From assembly GCF_018977255.1 (NCBI RefSeq), contig NW_024704742.1, positions 118,606,001 to 118,670,000 on the forward strand: DNA of 64,000 nucleotides. Reading direction: 5' to 3'. Under the pieces are notes generated by a model. The model was given only the letters and a program-made list of their open reading frames with translations, was not told the DNA's origin and ran no database searches. Every line of letters starts with the position of its first letter. Position 1 is the stretch's first letter. The position numbers and the translations under genes are program-made. The DNA is from Callorhinchus milii. Taxonomy: Eukaryota. Shown here piece after piece: positions 56,701-64,000 of this stretch.

Positions 56701-59700
56701 AAAAAAATTTGCAAACAGAAACTCCCTTAGAATGAAAAAAAGTGTAAAATACAAAAGAAATGCATTCAAATCATTAATAATAATCCTTGCATGTGATATA
56801 GCATTTTTTCACATCTTCAAGAAGTCTCAAAGCGCTTCACAGAATATACCGTAAAGTGAATTGACTGTATATTTATGGATGAAACGCAGTAGCCAAATGC
56901 GTACAGCAGTGTCCCACAAATAACTGTAGATTGAGTGACCAAATTATTATTGTCTTTTTTTCTTGAGGGAGTATTACCAGGCTTGTGGAGTAAGGAAACT
57001 TGCCCAATGTTTCGCCCTGCCGGGAATCGAACACAGGTCTCTCGCTTGCAAGGCAAGTGCTCTAACCACTAAGCTACAGGACTCTATGCAATGCAAATAA
57101 AACATAGTAACGCAGTTATACATTCAGGAGACCAGCAAAAGACTACGGTACACAAACTTGTAAAAAAATGCAAAAAAAATCTAAATGCAAAGAAAGGAAA
57201 GTTAAGACTATTGCACCATGAACAGAGAGAGGGAAACAAAAACAATGTGTGGAGGGGGTGGGAAAGAGAAGAAAAATCAGTGGCAGCTTCCTAGTTTCAG
57301 CATTCCAACAAAGCACCACAGTTTACAATTTGTTGACTCGGTTGTGGGAGTGAGCGAGTACGGGTACAATTGCAGCAGATACTGTAGTTGATCAATTGAA
57401 AATTTAAACCTATTTTCATATTCTTAGTACAAGCATTGCTATTGTAGCTTAGAATTCTTCCAAACATAGCACTGATTCTTGGTGCAAAAAAATGACTGGA
57501 GAAATATCTCCTAATTGGAATTCTCACCACCATTAACAGTCCAAAAAGATAAATAATAAACCCACAAGAAATTGTTCACTCGTTAGGAATGTTGAATTAA
57601 ACACTCACTAAAAAAAGTATGGTGCAATAATGTCAGGCTCAACTGAATATTTCCGTATATAGTCATCTGTTAGCACTACCATTAACTGCTATATGATGTT
57701 CACATTATTTGGAAATAATAATCTCCAACTTAAATTTAGCTTATTGGAATTGCAGCAGCGCAATGTTGAGGAGCAGCAAGTATAACTGAATTGCAGTAAT
57801 AATTATGAATTTTTCTTAAATATAATTTGCTATAAATTGTTGGCAGTTCAGATTTCATACTCTACTCACCCTTTGAGAGAATACAGCTGTTAAGCGTTAC
57901 AATGAAATTTATGCTACTTTTTAAAAACATCTCATCAATTTCCAGGCCAACTTAAAATCCTTCAACTTTAAAACAAGAACGTGCATTTATATAGCACCCT
58001 TCACACAGAGTAGGGCAACAGAGGGCTTAAACGCATGATAATTAATCACATTTAAGTGTAAAACCGTAACGGCACTACATTTATGAAATTATATTTAACT
58101 AAAATGACATGGTTTAACTAGAATCATAGTTTGGTTATTTATTAAATTGTTCAGAAGCAGGTATGATGGAAAACAATTAATTCAGTTAGATAGCATGCAG
58201 TTCTATAAAAATTACCTAGCATTATCAATTCTGATGCTGTAAGCAAATTTGTACAAGTAGCTCATTGCTTTTTGCTCATCACATCTTACAATTCACCGAT
58301 AAATACAGTTGTGCAGTCTACGCTCCCATGCACACCAGTGTCCATTTCATTTACGTACAGAAAAATACTTTGCACAACAGTTCAAAAAGAATGAACATCA
58401 ATCTGAAAAGATGTGATCTAGCTCTTGGATGCACTGAGGACACAATAAAGCAATAAATGTACTGCAAACATCTCAGAGAAAGATAAACAGCAGTCCTGTG
58501 CTCACTTTCATCTTAATGTGGCTTTAATCTCTAAGCTATTGCCACCCCTCCTTTTCCTTCTCACTTAAAGGATAGGTATCATGGCTATATAATAATGTAA
58601 TGCATCAACAGAATGTTGCAGCACCTATGTACAATCATGTACCAAAATTTATTAACACGGGAAAAGCCAAATGAACTAGCGTTACAACCCTGACCATGAG
58701 TAGTGATGCAAGCAGTCATCACAGATGTTTGCATTGTAGATAACTACTATAGTTACTTGTTCCTCTCAACTTCGTAAATATTCTGAAAATCCCTTCATTG
58801 GAGGCAAATTCAATAATCTTCTTAGCCAAGAAACTCATAGCACCCAATATGCACATAGTGTACTAATCTTCACCAATCATAAATAAATTCCCAAATTAAT
58901 GCTCTTTTTATTAATGAATTTGAGCTAGTTACGAAAAGTAATGATTAAATACTTTTCTTATAACATTTCTTACAGCACCTCCTCGCAACACAACTGTTGT
59001 TGACAATTATTTTTAAGAATATTGACATTTATGCTGGCAATTGCAGCAGCTAGCACTAGCAATGGAGTATAAATAGCATTAAGGTGAATAAGCAAATTTA
59101 ATCTGATCTTGAGTGAATTTGGGTGAGATAGGAATATGGCCAGAACACCAAAGAACTCCCCGCATTCTCTGAGATAATCAGGCAGACGTCCAGCTACAAT
59201 GCTATTTACCTTTATGCAATTTAAGAAATCTATACAGCAAATAGCATTGGCCTTTCAAAGGCATTTCAGTTTTTTTTTAAAAAATGCTAGTTTACAAGCC
59301 CATTTGAACAACTCAGAATAGTTTCATTAATATTAAACTGGGGTTAAAAACTTTTTGAACTATTCAAAAATACAAGCACTTTGTAGCTCATTTTAGCTGA
59401 ACATTCACCACTTGAAAGTTTTGAGTCAAGGCATCCAGGACTGGCAGCCTCAAAATAAGATGGAATCCCCTTTCTGAAAACACTTCCACAGCAAAGTTAC
59501 ATTTTCCCATACGCTTAAGGATATCAATAAAGTGTTCTTTCTTCTTACAATCATAAGAAAATTAATACAATATGCCAGTAATAATAATAATAATAATCTT
59601 TGCATTTGATATAGCGCTTTTCACATCGGGAGGACGTCCCAAAGCGCTTCACAGAACACACTAAAGTGAATTGACTATATTTGTGGGCAAACGCGGCAGC

Positions 59701-61204
59701 CAATTGCGCACAGCAATTTCCTTTGAAAGTTATTTTTCTTTAGCTTAAGGAAGCTCAAAACATTTAAAAAAAAATTAAATCCTACCAAATCAGAGATAAT
59801 AATAATCCTTCCATTTTGGTAAAGCACCTTTCACATAGGGAAGACGTCCCAAAGAGCTTCACGGGATTTACCGTAAAGCCAGTAAAGTTATGGGCGAACG
59901 CAGCAGCCACTTAAAGCGCAGCAATGTCCCACAAACAGTCACGGAGTAAGCGATCAATTTTATTTGGGGGATTGTTGGTCAGGACACCGGGAGAAACTCC
60001 CTTCGCTTTTTGAATAATGCAATGGTATCTTTAACGTCCTGCCCGAACAAGCAGACAGGACCTGGGTTTAACATCTCACCTGAAGGATGGCACTTCTGAC
60101 CAAGCAGCACTCCCCCAGCACTGCACTGGAGTGTCAGCGTGGACTGTGCGCATTCAAATCTTGATGTGGGGCTTTCAACCCACAACCTTCACGACTCGGA
60201 GGCAAGAAATGCTGACACGCGCCAGGCCGTCTTTGCTCCCTTTTCACCCTCTCCCTTTTTCAGATCACTCAAAATTACGACTGGAAAGCAAATTTTTTTT
60301 TTTTTTTTTGGACAACATGCAAAAAAAAAATTTCACTGGAATAATTATAATTCATAACGTCGCTTTGACAGGTTCCTCGCATAATGAAGGTTATTATAAG
60401 CAGCTCTTTGCAGTATTCGGGGCTAAACACTATTTTGACACGTTTCAACAGTCATTTCGAATGAATTCATTTCAGAGGGTTTGTTTTTTAATGGACAGTA
60501 ACATAAGTTGCATCGCTCAAACTATCTGGAAAGGGCTTCCAAAGAGAGCCGAATGCAGGTCGGGCTGTTCATTCAGTGGAGTGAATTTTCACAACACTTC
60601 CAAGTTTACAGCGTGCAATACACCCCCAGAGAGAGAGAGAGAGAGAAAAACCCAAACACCGCAGAAAATGAAGCTGATTTTTCGAGCTTAAAACGACTCG
60701 AGTGCAACCTCTTCGCGTGTGTGTGGGGTACAGTCGTGAGGGCAACAACAACAACAACAACAACAAAAAAAGGGGATAAAATCGCGCGCTCGTCAAAAAC
60801 CGGCGACTCCCGGCGGCGGCTCACACACTCCCCTTCAAACGGTAGAAACGACGGTTTTTTTTTAAAAAAAAGGACCTTACGGTAAAATCTCCGCGGTTTT
60901 GCACGTGCGGGAAAACCCGTCGGTGTCACCGGCGTCCGAGCTTCACTTCAACGGCACCGCGTTCCCAGTTGCCGTCGGTCTCCGCTTTCCCGACACACAC
61001 CTGCGTCAGCGCCTGAACCTTAGCCCGAAAACAACGGGGAAACGCGGCTCCGACTCTGCGCGGACACTGTTCCCCCCCTTTTGGATTTTGTTTTACAATT
61101 TTTTTAAAAAGAAATATATATATATATATGTATATATACATAGACACACACACACACACACGCGCGCGCGCGCGTATATATAAAAGCAAAATATCTCACC
61201 CCAT
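5535..61204 (-). CDS. HOMER1: Homer protein homolog 1, long isoform (Homer1b-like), 9 coding exons, 355 aa
   Basis: Spliced translation [67 protein letters not shown]...SPLTP...[11 protein letters not shown]...[26 protein letters not shown] matches recalled vertebrate Homer1. All introns are GT-AG with compatible phases. The SPLTP P-motif is Homer1-type. Confidence 0.97.
5833..5995 (-). mobile_element. SINE 3' fragment (same family)
   Basis: (AAT)n-CCTTGCATTTGATATAGCACC signature. Confidence 0.8.
7681..7734. repeat. (TA)n/(CA)n microsatellite
   Basis: Directly visible. Confidence 0.85.
9428..9920 (-). mobile_element. CR1-clade LINE, ORF2 C-terminus and 3' tail
   Basis: [54 protein letters not shown] (ORF 9710..10102) and a (TTCTATGA)-type tail. 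Confidence 0.9.
9921..10605 (+). mobile_element. L2-clade LINE fragments nested inside the CR1 copy
   Basis: [33 protein letters not shown]; [23 protein letters not shown]; [11 protein letters not shown]. Confidence 0.85.
10608..11145 (-). mobile_element. CR1-clade LINE reverse transcriptase fragment
   Basis: [27 protein letters not shown]; [31 protein letters not shown] (ORFs 10889..11173, 10650..10853). Confidence 0.9.
11265..11720. mobile_element. Two SINE fragments tail-to-tail (plus 11265-11352; minus 11453-11720)
   Basis: Same tail signature in opposite orientations about 100 nt apart. Confidence 0.8.
12690..12795 (+). mobile_element. Penelope-like terminal fragment
   Basis: AGATGCTGCCTGACCTGCTGAGTTTTCCCAG..TTCTGTTTTTATT resembles the Penelope-element end recalled from fish and shark genomes. 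Confidence 0.45.
14374..14730 (+). mobile_element. tRNA-derived SINE with L2-type tail, near full length
   Basis: Head GGAGTCCTGCAGCTCAGTGGTTAGAGCACTCGCC (A box); tail GTGAAAAGCGCTATATCAAATGCAAGGATTATT(ATT)n. Confidence 0.88.
15435..15935 (-). mobile_element. L2-clade LINE 3' fragment
   Basis: [47 protein letters not shown] (ORF 15459..15974). Confidence 0.85.
18495..18663. mobile_element. Short non-autonomous DNA transposon (hAT/Charlie-like MITE)
   Basis: Terminal inverted repeats GAGGGTGGTCCAAC / GTTGGACCACTCTG (12/14 match) and an internal GCGGGCCACAT motif; no clear target-site duplication. Confidence 0.55.
19341..19647 (-). mobile_element. tRNA-derived SINE, full length
   Basis: Reverse complement of the same head (A and B boxes) and (ATT)n tail. 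Confidence 0.9.
21477..21557 (-). CDS. HOMER1: HOMER1 exon 8 ([27 protein letters not shown]), 81 nt
   Basis: tgttag|GAA ATT GAG ... CTG CAG|gtaagc; translated by hand. Confidence 0.95.
22711..22821 (-). CDS. HOMER1: HOMER1 exon 7 ([37 protein letters not shown]), 111 nt
   Basis: attcag|GTT TCT GAA ... GAG GAG|gtaagg; translated by hand. Confidence 0.95.
23208..23560 (-). mobile_element. Diverged SINE, long-middle variant
   Basis: Tail plus GAAAGCGATCTGCCAATCAACTAACAACC middle plus a degraded tRNA head. Confidence 0.8.
23925..24921 (+). mobile_element. L2-clade LINE, internally deleted (endonuclease piece joined to the 3' end)
   Basis: [20 protein letters not shown], then [33 protein letters not shown], and an L2 tail with (TTGTA)n. 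Confidence 0.88.
28321..28477 (-). CDS. HOMER1: HOMER1 exon 6 ([52 protein letters not shown]), 157 nt, start of coiled coil
   Basis: atatag|C ACT ACA ... AAA AGG|gtaagt; ORF track 28216..28494. Confidence 0.96.
29942..30295 (+). repeat. Ancient SINE-like repeat family A (other copies about 6095-6320 +, 45915-46130 -, 28790-28945 -)
   Basis: Degraded tRNA-like head (GGTATAGTGGATAGAGC..GGTTCGGATCCC) and shared blocks TTAGGGAAGGGGAAAA..GGTTCCTG..TAGGGAGAGGTCA..ATGAACAA..TTGGACAAGGTACC. Confidence 0.65.
31352..31530 (-). mobile_element. SINE 3' fragment in intron 5
   Basis: Tail signature and body shared with 19341-19647. Confidence 0.85.
31505..31578. repeat. Short minisatellite, 4 x GACCAAATTATTATT-like unit
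   Basis: Directly visible, at the truncation point of a SINE. Confidence 0.85.
33202..33344 (-). CDS. HOMER1: HOMER1 exon 5 ([47 protein letters not shown]), 143 nt, contains the P-motif
   Basis: ttgcag|GAG TCT GGA ... CAT AG|gtaagg; translated by hand. Confidence 0.95.
33668..34640 (-). mobile_element. CR1-clade LINE 3' ~1 kb (RT C-terminal part to tail)
   Basis: [39 protein letters not shown]; [40 protein letters not shown]. Confidence 0.93.
36095..36187 (-). CDS. HOMER1: HOMER1 exon 4 ([31 protein letters not shown]), 93 nt
   Basis: caatag|TTT GCT GAA ... TCC CAG|gtaaat; translated by hand, too short for the ORF track. Confidence 0.96.
37366..37497 (-). CDS. HOMER1: HOMER1 exon 3 ([44 protein letters not shown]), 132 nt
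   Basis: tttcag|GCA ATA ... ACT AAA|gtgagt; ORF track 37297..37533. Confidence 0.97.
41850..42190 (-). mobile_element. Degraded Deu-domain SINE in intron 2
   Basis: TGGCCAGGACACCGG..GCCATGAGATCTTTAACAT..GCACCTCTGACAATGCAGCACTTCCCCAGCACT parallels 59980-60130. Confidence 0.75.
42371..42527 (-). CDS. HOMER1: HOMER1 exon 2 (EVH1 N-terminal half: [10 protein letters not shown]...IISLDGSK), 157 nt
   Basis: ttcag|A GAA CAA CCC ... TCC AAG|gtgggt; ORF track 42362..42625. Confidence 0.97.
43895..43972 (+). repeat. Unclassified dispersed repeat family C (other copies about 12505-12560 +, 53547-53605 +, 7465-7552 -)
   Basis: Core CACATGTGGAAACCCATCACCATGCTTA..TATCCAAAC present four times. Confidence 0.75.
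44105..44360 (+). mobile_element. Deu-domain SINE fragment
   Basis: GGATGGGACGTTAA..GGACATTAAAGATCCTATGCCACTATTC..GGGAGTTTCTCCCAGTGTTCTGGCCAACA plus SINE 3' body. Confidence 0.8.
44366..44830 (+). mobile_element. L2-clade LINE fragment
   Basis: [51 protein letters not shown] (ORF 44372..44743). Confidence 0.88.
47156..47400 (-). mobile_element. Young SINE copy, 5'-truncated
   Basis: Nearly identical to 52908-53101 and 59579-59717, with CpGs intact. Confidence 0.9.
49895..50545 (+). mobile_element. Degraded L2-clade LINE fragment
   Basis: Visible similarity to the L2 copies at 24300-24900 and 44500-44830; ends in an L2-type tail. Confidence 0.7.
52908..53101 (-). mobile_element. Young SINE copy, 5'-truncated
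   Basis: Nearly identical to 47156-47350. Confidence 0.9.
56775..57084 (-). mobile_element. tRNA-derived SINE, full length
   Basis: GAGTCCTGTAGCTTAGTGGTTAGAGCACTTGCCTTGCAAGCGAGAGACCTGTGTTCGATTCCCGGCAGGGCG head plus the same tail. Confidence 0.9.
59579..59717 (-). mobile_element. Young SINE 3' fragment
   Basis: Same tail and body as 47156. Confidence 0.88.
59797..60222 (-). mobile_element. Deu-domain SINE (SacSINE1/AmnSINE1 superfamily-like), near full length
   Basis: Minus strand ...GGTGAGATGTTAAACCCAGGTCCTGTCTG..GGACGTTAAAGATACCATTGCATTATTC..GGGAGTTTCTCCCGGTGTCCTGACCAACA resembles the recalled Deu core; shared SINE tail. Confidence 0.8.
61114..61182. repeat. Compound (TA)n-(CA)n-(CG)7-(TA)n microsatellite
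   Basis: Directly visible, about 17 nt into intron 1. Confidence 0.95.
61200..61204 (-). CDS. HOMER1: HOMER1 exon 1 coding part (ATG GG, phase-2 intron follows)
   Basis: Minus strand reads AAAAAAAAA ATG GG|GTGAGA: strong Kozak context and a consensus donor inside the CpG island. Supplies the M-G needed in front of exon 2. Confidence 0.9.
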
Positions 61205-61785
61205 TTTTTTTTCCTGATGAAGCCAACAACGCAGATAAAGCCAACGCTCCTTCTGGAGGGACGTTGTAACTAACGCTCTTCCCTGTTTTTTTTATATATA
61301 TATATTGCGATAAATGATACGAGAGCACTCGGCTCACGGTTTTATCTCCTTCTCCCCCCTCTCTCTGTCTCTCTCTCTGTCTCTCCCTCTCCAGGTCAGA
61401 AAGACATGACAGTCGTGAAATCCATTCCTTCACAAGACGCGAGAGAGGGAAGGAGCGAGAAGGAAGGAGGAGAAGCAGAAGAAAGCAGTATCTATCTCCT
61501 CTCTCCGCTATTTCTCCAGCACCGCCTCGGGTCGGCTCTGTGCCTCCTCTTTTTATGCCGCTGTTCCTCAGTGACCAGCTCGGCTGAGTCTCCGCTGCCG
61601 CCGCCGCCGCCGCTGCTGCTGCTCCGGGCTGCAGCCCCTCTGTCTCTGTGCTGCTCGGTGTGGCGCGGGTGGGCTCGAGCCGGCGGCGGGTTTTTAACGG
61701 CTGAGCGTTCCGAGGCGGCGTTCCGATCCCATCCCTTTGTGACGACGAGGAGGAGCCGCAGTTCCATTGACGGCCCCGCGCTCCC
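61205..61785 (-). other. HOMER1: HOMER1 5' UTR (exon 1, about 580 nt; TSS inferred from the TATA position)
   Basis: GC-rich sequence between the TATA-like box and the ATG; contains (GA)n and (AGC)n(GGC)n tracts. Confidence 0.55.
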
Positions 61786-61807
61786 CGGTCCGTCCGCGAG
61801 CCGGACC

Positions 61808-61815
61808 TTTAAATA
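61808..61815 (-). promoter_or_regulatory. TATA-like box TATTTAAA
   Basis: Isolated AT block in GC-rich sequence, immediately downstream (minus strand) of the CRE cluster. Confidence 0.6.
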
Positions 61816-61816
61816 A

Positions 61817-61912
61817 ACGTCACGGCGCCGCGCTGTCACCCACCCTCTGACATCATCAGCCTCGCTCCCACTCCCGCTGACGTCAAAGGACAGCAATTAT
61901 CGGGTGACGTCA
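61817..61912. promoter_or_regulatory. Cluster of cAMP response elements: TGACGTCA x2 (61878-61885, 61905-61912), TGACATCA (61848-61855), half-site ACGTCA (61817-61822)
   Basis: Exact motif matches; CREB-type regulation is consistent with Homer1a being an immediate-early transcript. Confidence 0.85.
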
Positions 61913-61953
61913 ACCTCGCCCTCCCCCTCCTCCTCCACCTCTACACACTCTTT

Positions 61954-61963
61954 CTAATTATAA
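61954..61963. promoter_or_regulatory. MEF2 consensus site CTAATTATAA
   Basis: Matches YTA(W)4TAR, about 40 nt upstream of the CRE cluster. Confidence 0.6.
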
Positions 61964-63084
61964 GCCAACATCCTGAAATGTGGCTATGCCCCGGTTTGGT
62001 GCTGAAAGATCCACCTCCACCAACGCTCACTCTACATGGTCCAGACACCTCAACAGGAAGTTGGCATTGTGTTCCCCAGTGATGCAGGGAGAGCTCCAGC
62101 GTTGGTGGGGATGAGCTCTGGGTGTTCTCCACTCCCGGCTCTCTCGCCTACACAGCGTGAGCTTCGTGTGTTTCTCACTTGGGTTTGGGTTGCTATGGAA
62201 AGAGGAAATCAGACTCCAGCGAGGATTCTGGAGTTACATAACACGCTCCTGGGTCTGACTTGATGTTTTCGAAAAAAAAACCACACTCAATTCCCCCCAA
62301 ACAAGGATATTGCTTTTCTGCTGGATTTGCAGTAGCATTTGTATTACTTTGTTGCAGTTTATTGCTTGACCTTATTGCTGTGCACCAAGCCCACACCTCC
62401 ACTTCGTCCTTTATGTCCAGGTATTGAGATGCTTTTATTTTCTGAAGTAGTACGTTGTGCAATGTCTCAACATTAATTTAACATGTGAAAATTAATTATT
62501 TAATTTTTAATATCCCATTGATAATTGTTACAATCCTATGGGTTTTTCCTTGAGAATGAAAGTATTGTCTTAACCTTTACTTCACTCTCGACGTTTTTAA
62601 TTAAATCCAAAGCACATTGACATTTTGTTATTTTAGTAGCACCACCTTATTATATTGTTATGTATGGATTATGATAAAGGAGCAGCATATAAAAGCGACC
62701 ATTTCAAACTTCTATGTGAGTTTGTTCATGCCCACAAATAGGAGAATTAATGGGTTGATGTACGTTTATACACCTCTTGTGGGTATTAACTGGTATTGAT
62801 ACATAATTAAATACTCACTTAATTTCTTAAATACATTTCTGGTTGAATAAATTCACAAATCCATAAATTGTTGTTGAATTGGTCTGACTGTATGGTGTTA
62901 CAGTGCTGTCAATCCTCTGCACCTCACACTCAAATGCTACCATAAATTATGACATTTCTGTTACATGAAAAGATTCATCATGTTTTAGGGCAACTGATCA
63001 GATACATCCTTCTCACAATCATCTTCCAACATGTATTCTGGCACTAAAAGAAGATTTTTTAAATTTATAACTACTTATAACTAC

Positions 63085-63166
63085 TTTGGTTTCGCACTGC
63101 CTGGAATGGAACCCAGGTCTCTTGCTTGCAAGGCGAGTGCTCTAACCACTGAGCTACAGGACTCCA
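63085..63166 (-). mobile_element. Isolated tRNA-like SINE head
   Basis: GGAGTCCTGTAGCTCAGTGGTTAGAGCACTCGCCTTGCAAGCAAGAGACCTGGGTTCCATTCC matches the SINE heads elsewhere in the window. Confidence 0.85.
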
Positions 63167-63494
63167 CAATTGTCTCCACTTCCCTCCTAAAGAGTCTGGC
63201 CCAGCTAGTAGCGTCGGGAGGACTTTAGAAATTCCAAAGATATTTATTAGAATGGAATACACATTCTATCCCTGGAGTGGCACATCCTGTTTTCCAAATT
63301 CCAGAAAGTATTAAGCACAGGTTAGCAGGAGCTAAGGCTTCGGGGCTCCAAAGTGTGCGTTGGGGTACCACTGGAGTCTAACCAGCTAAAACCACATAGC
63401 TTGCCATTGAAAGTACTGTCTGGTAAGCTTTCCCGCTGCCTGTCCAACTCGGACCACGCTACGTTAAGACTTTGGCTTGCAGGGATAATGGGAG

Positions 63495-63700
63495 CTGAGT
63501 GGGAAGAGTCCTTGCCCCAGTGATTAGTCTGCCTTTTCAAATACTGCCAAAGAGCCAGGATGGCTGTGCTGTCATCAGTGGTGCTCTAGAATACAGCGTA
63601 CCCATCTGGATTAGGAACTGGATTACCGAAACTGCCACAGAGGGCTGGCTTGATTCCACCATTACTTTGCCAAACATGACACCTTGGAGCAAATTCAGAA
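63495..63700 (+). repeat. Unclassified dispersed repeat family B (other copies about 53675-53830 +, 43015-43200 -, 6578-6740 -)
   Basis: Shared blocks TCATCAGTGGTGCTCTAGAATAC..CATCTGGATTAGGAACTGGATTACCGAAACTGCCACAGAGGG recognisable in four places. Confidence 0.7.
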
Positions 63701-64000
63701 CCTGTTTACCAACCGCCACCCCCCCTCCAAGGACTCCAAGGAGGATAGTCACTAATTGGACATTTAACACCTAACAGCCGTGGGTTCTCAACAGGTAGAT
63801 ATCAGGAACTCCCTGTGAGCTTCCTAGTGGGCAATGCAGCTCAGTATGAGAGCATGTCCACAGCACATCGCCACCATCTTTCTGCACACATCCCACTGAG
63901 CGATGGTTCCACCAATTGCAGGTGTGGAGCTTGAGCATCAGCTACTTACCTCTCTGCTAACCAAACAAGGTGGATTCCAAGCACTGGATGTATAAACACA

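Larger units (their letters stand above)
60680..61920. promoter_or_regulatory. CpG island spanning the promoter, exon 1 and start of intron 1
   Basis: Dense CpG and high GC content against an otherwise CpG-depleted, AT-rich window. Confidence 0.9.

Noticed and set aside
60131-61816. Several 100-186 aa ORFs around the promoter (e.g. 60131..60691, 60508..60885, 61406..61816)
   Set aside because: Low-complexity translations of microsatellites and CpG-island sequence, with no domain signal
63085-63166. Possible tRNA-Ala(TGC) gene
   Set aside because: The acceptor stem does not pair, the B box is mutated (GGTTCCATTCC), and the sequence matches SINE heads at 14374, 19647 and 57084

Overview
Eukaryotic, AT-rich vertebrate genomic DNA. 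The repeat content (CR1 and L2 LINE remnants, tRNA-derived SINEs with L2-type tails, Deu-domain SINEs) suggests a cartilaginous fish; this is inference. The window is essentially one complete gene on the minus strand: HOMER1, a postsynaptic scaffold with an EVH1 domain and coiled coil. It has nine coding exons (5+157+132+93+143+157+111+81+189 nt = 1068 nt, 355 aa), all with GT-AG boundaries, from the ATG at 61204 to the TAA at 5535. Upstream is a CpG-island promoter with a TATA-like box, four CRE/CRE-like sites and a MEF2 consensus. There are no prokaryotic features, and most ORF-track entries are spurious or LINE fragments. The most interesting signals lie in intron 5, the Homer1a/Ania-3 switch region: an immediate read-through stop, a second consensus donor or 10-nt microexon, a candidate in-frame 42-nt cassette exon, and a strand-specific RNA hairpin. 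Inverted repeat pairs bracket exons 2-5 (circHomer1-like), and two substitutions fall at normally conserved residues (A78P, S117M). All repeat boundaries are approximate and read by eye.
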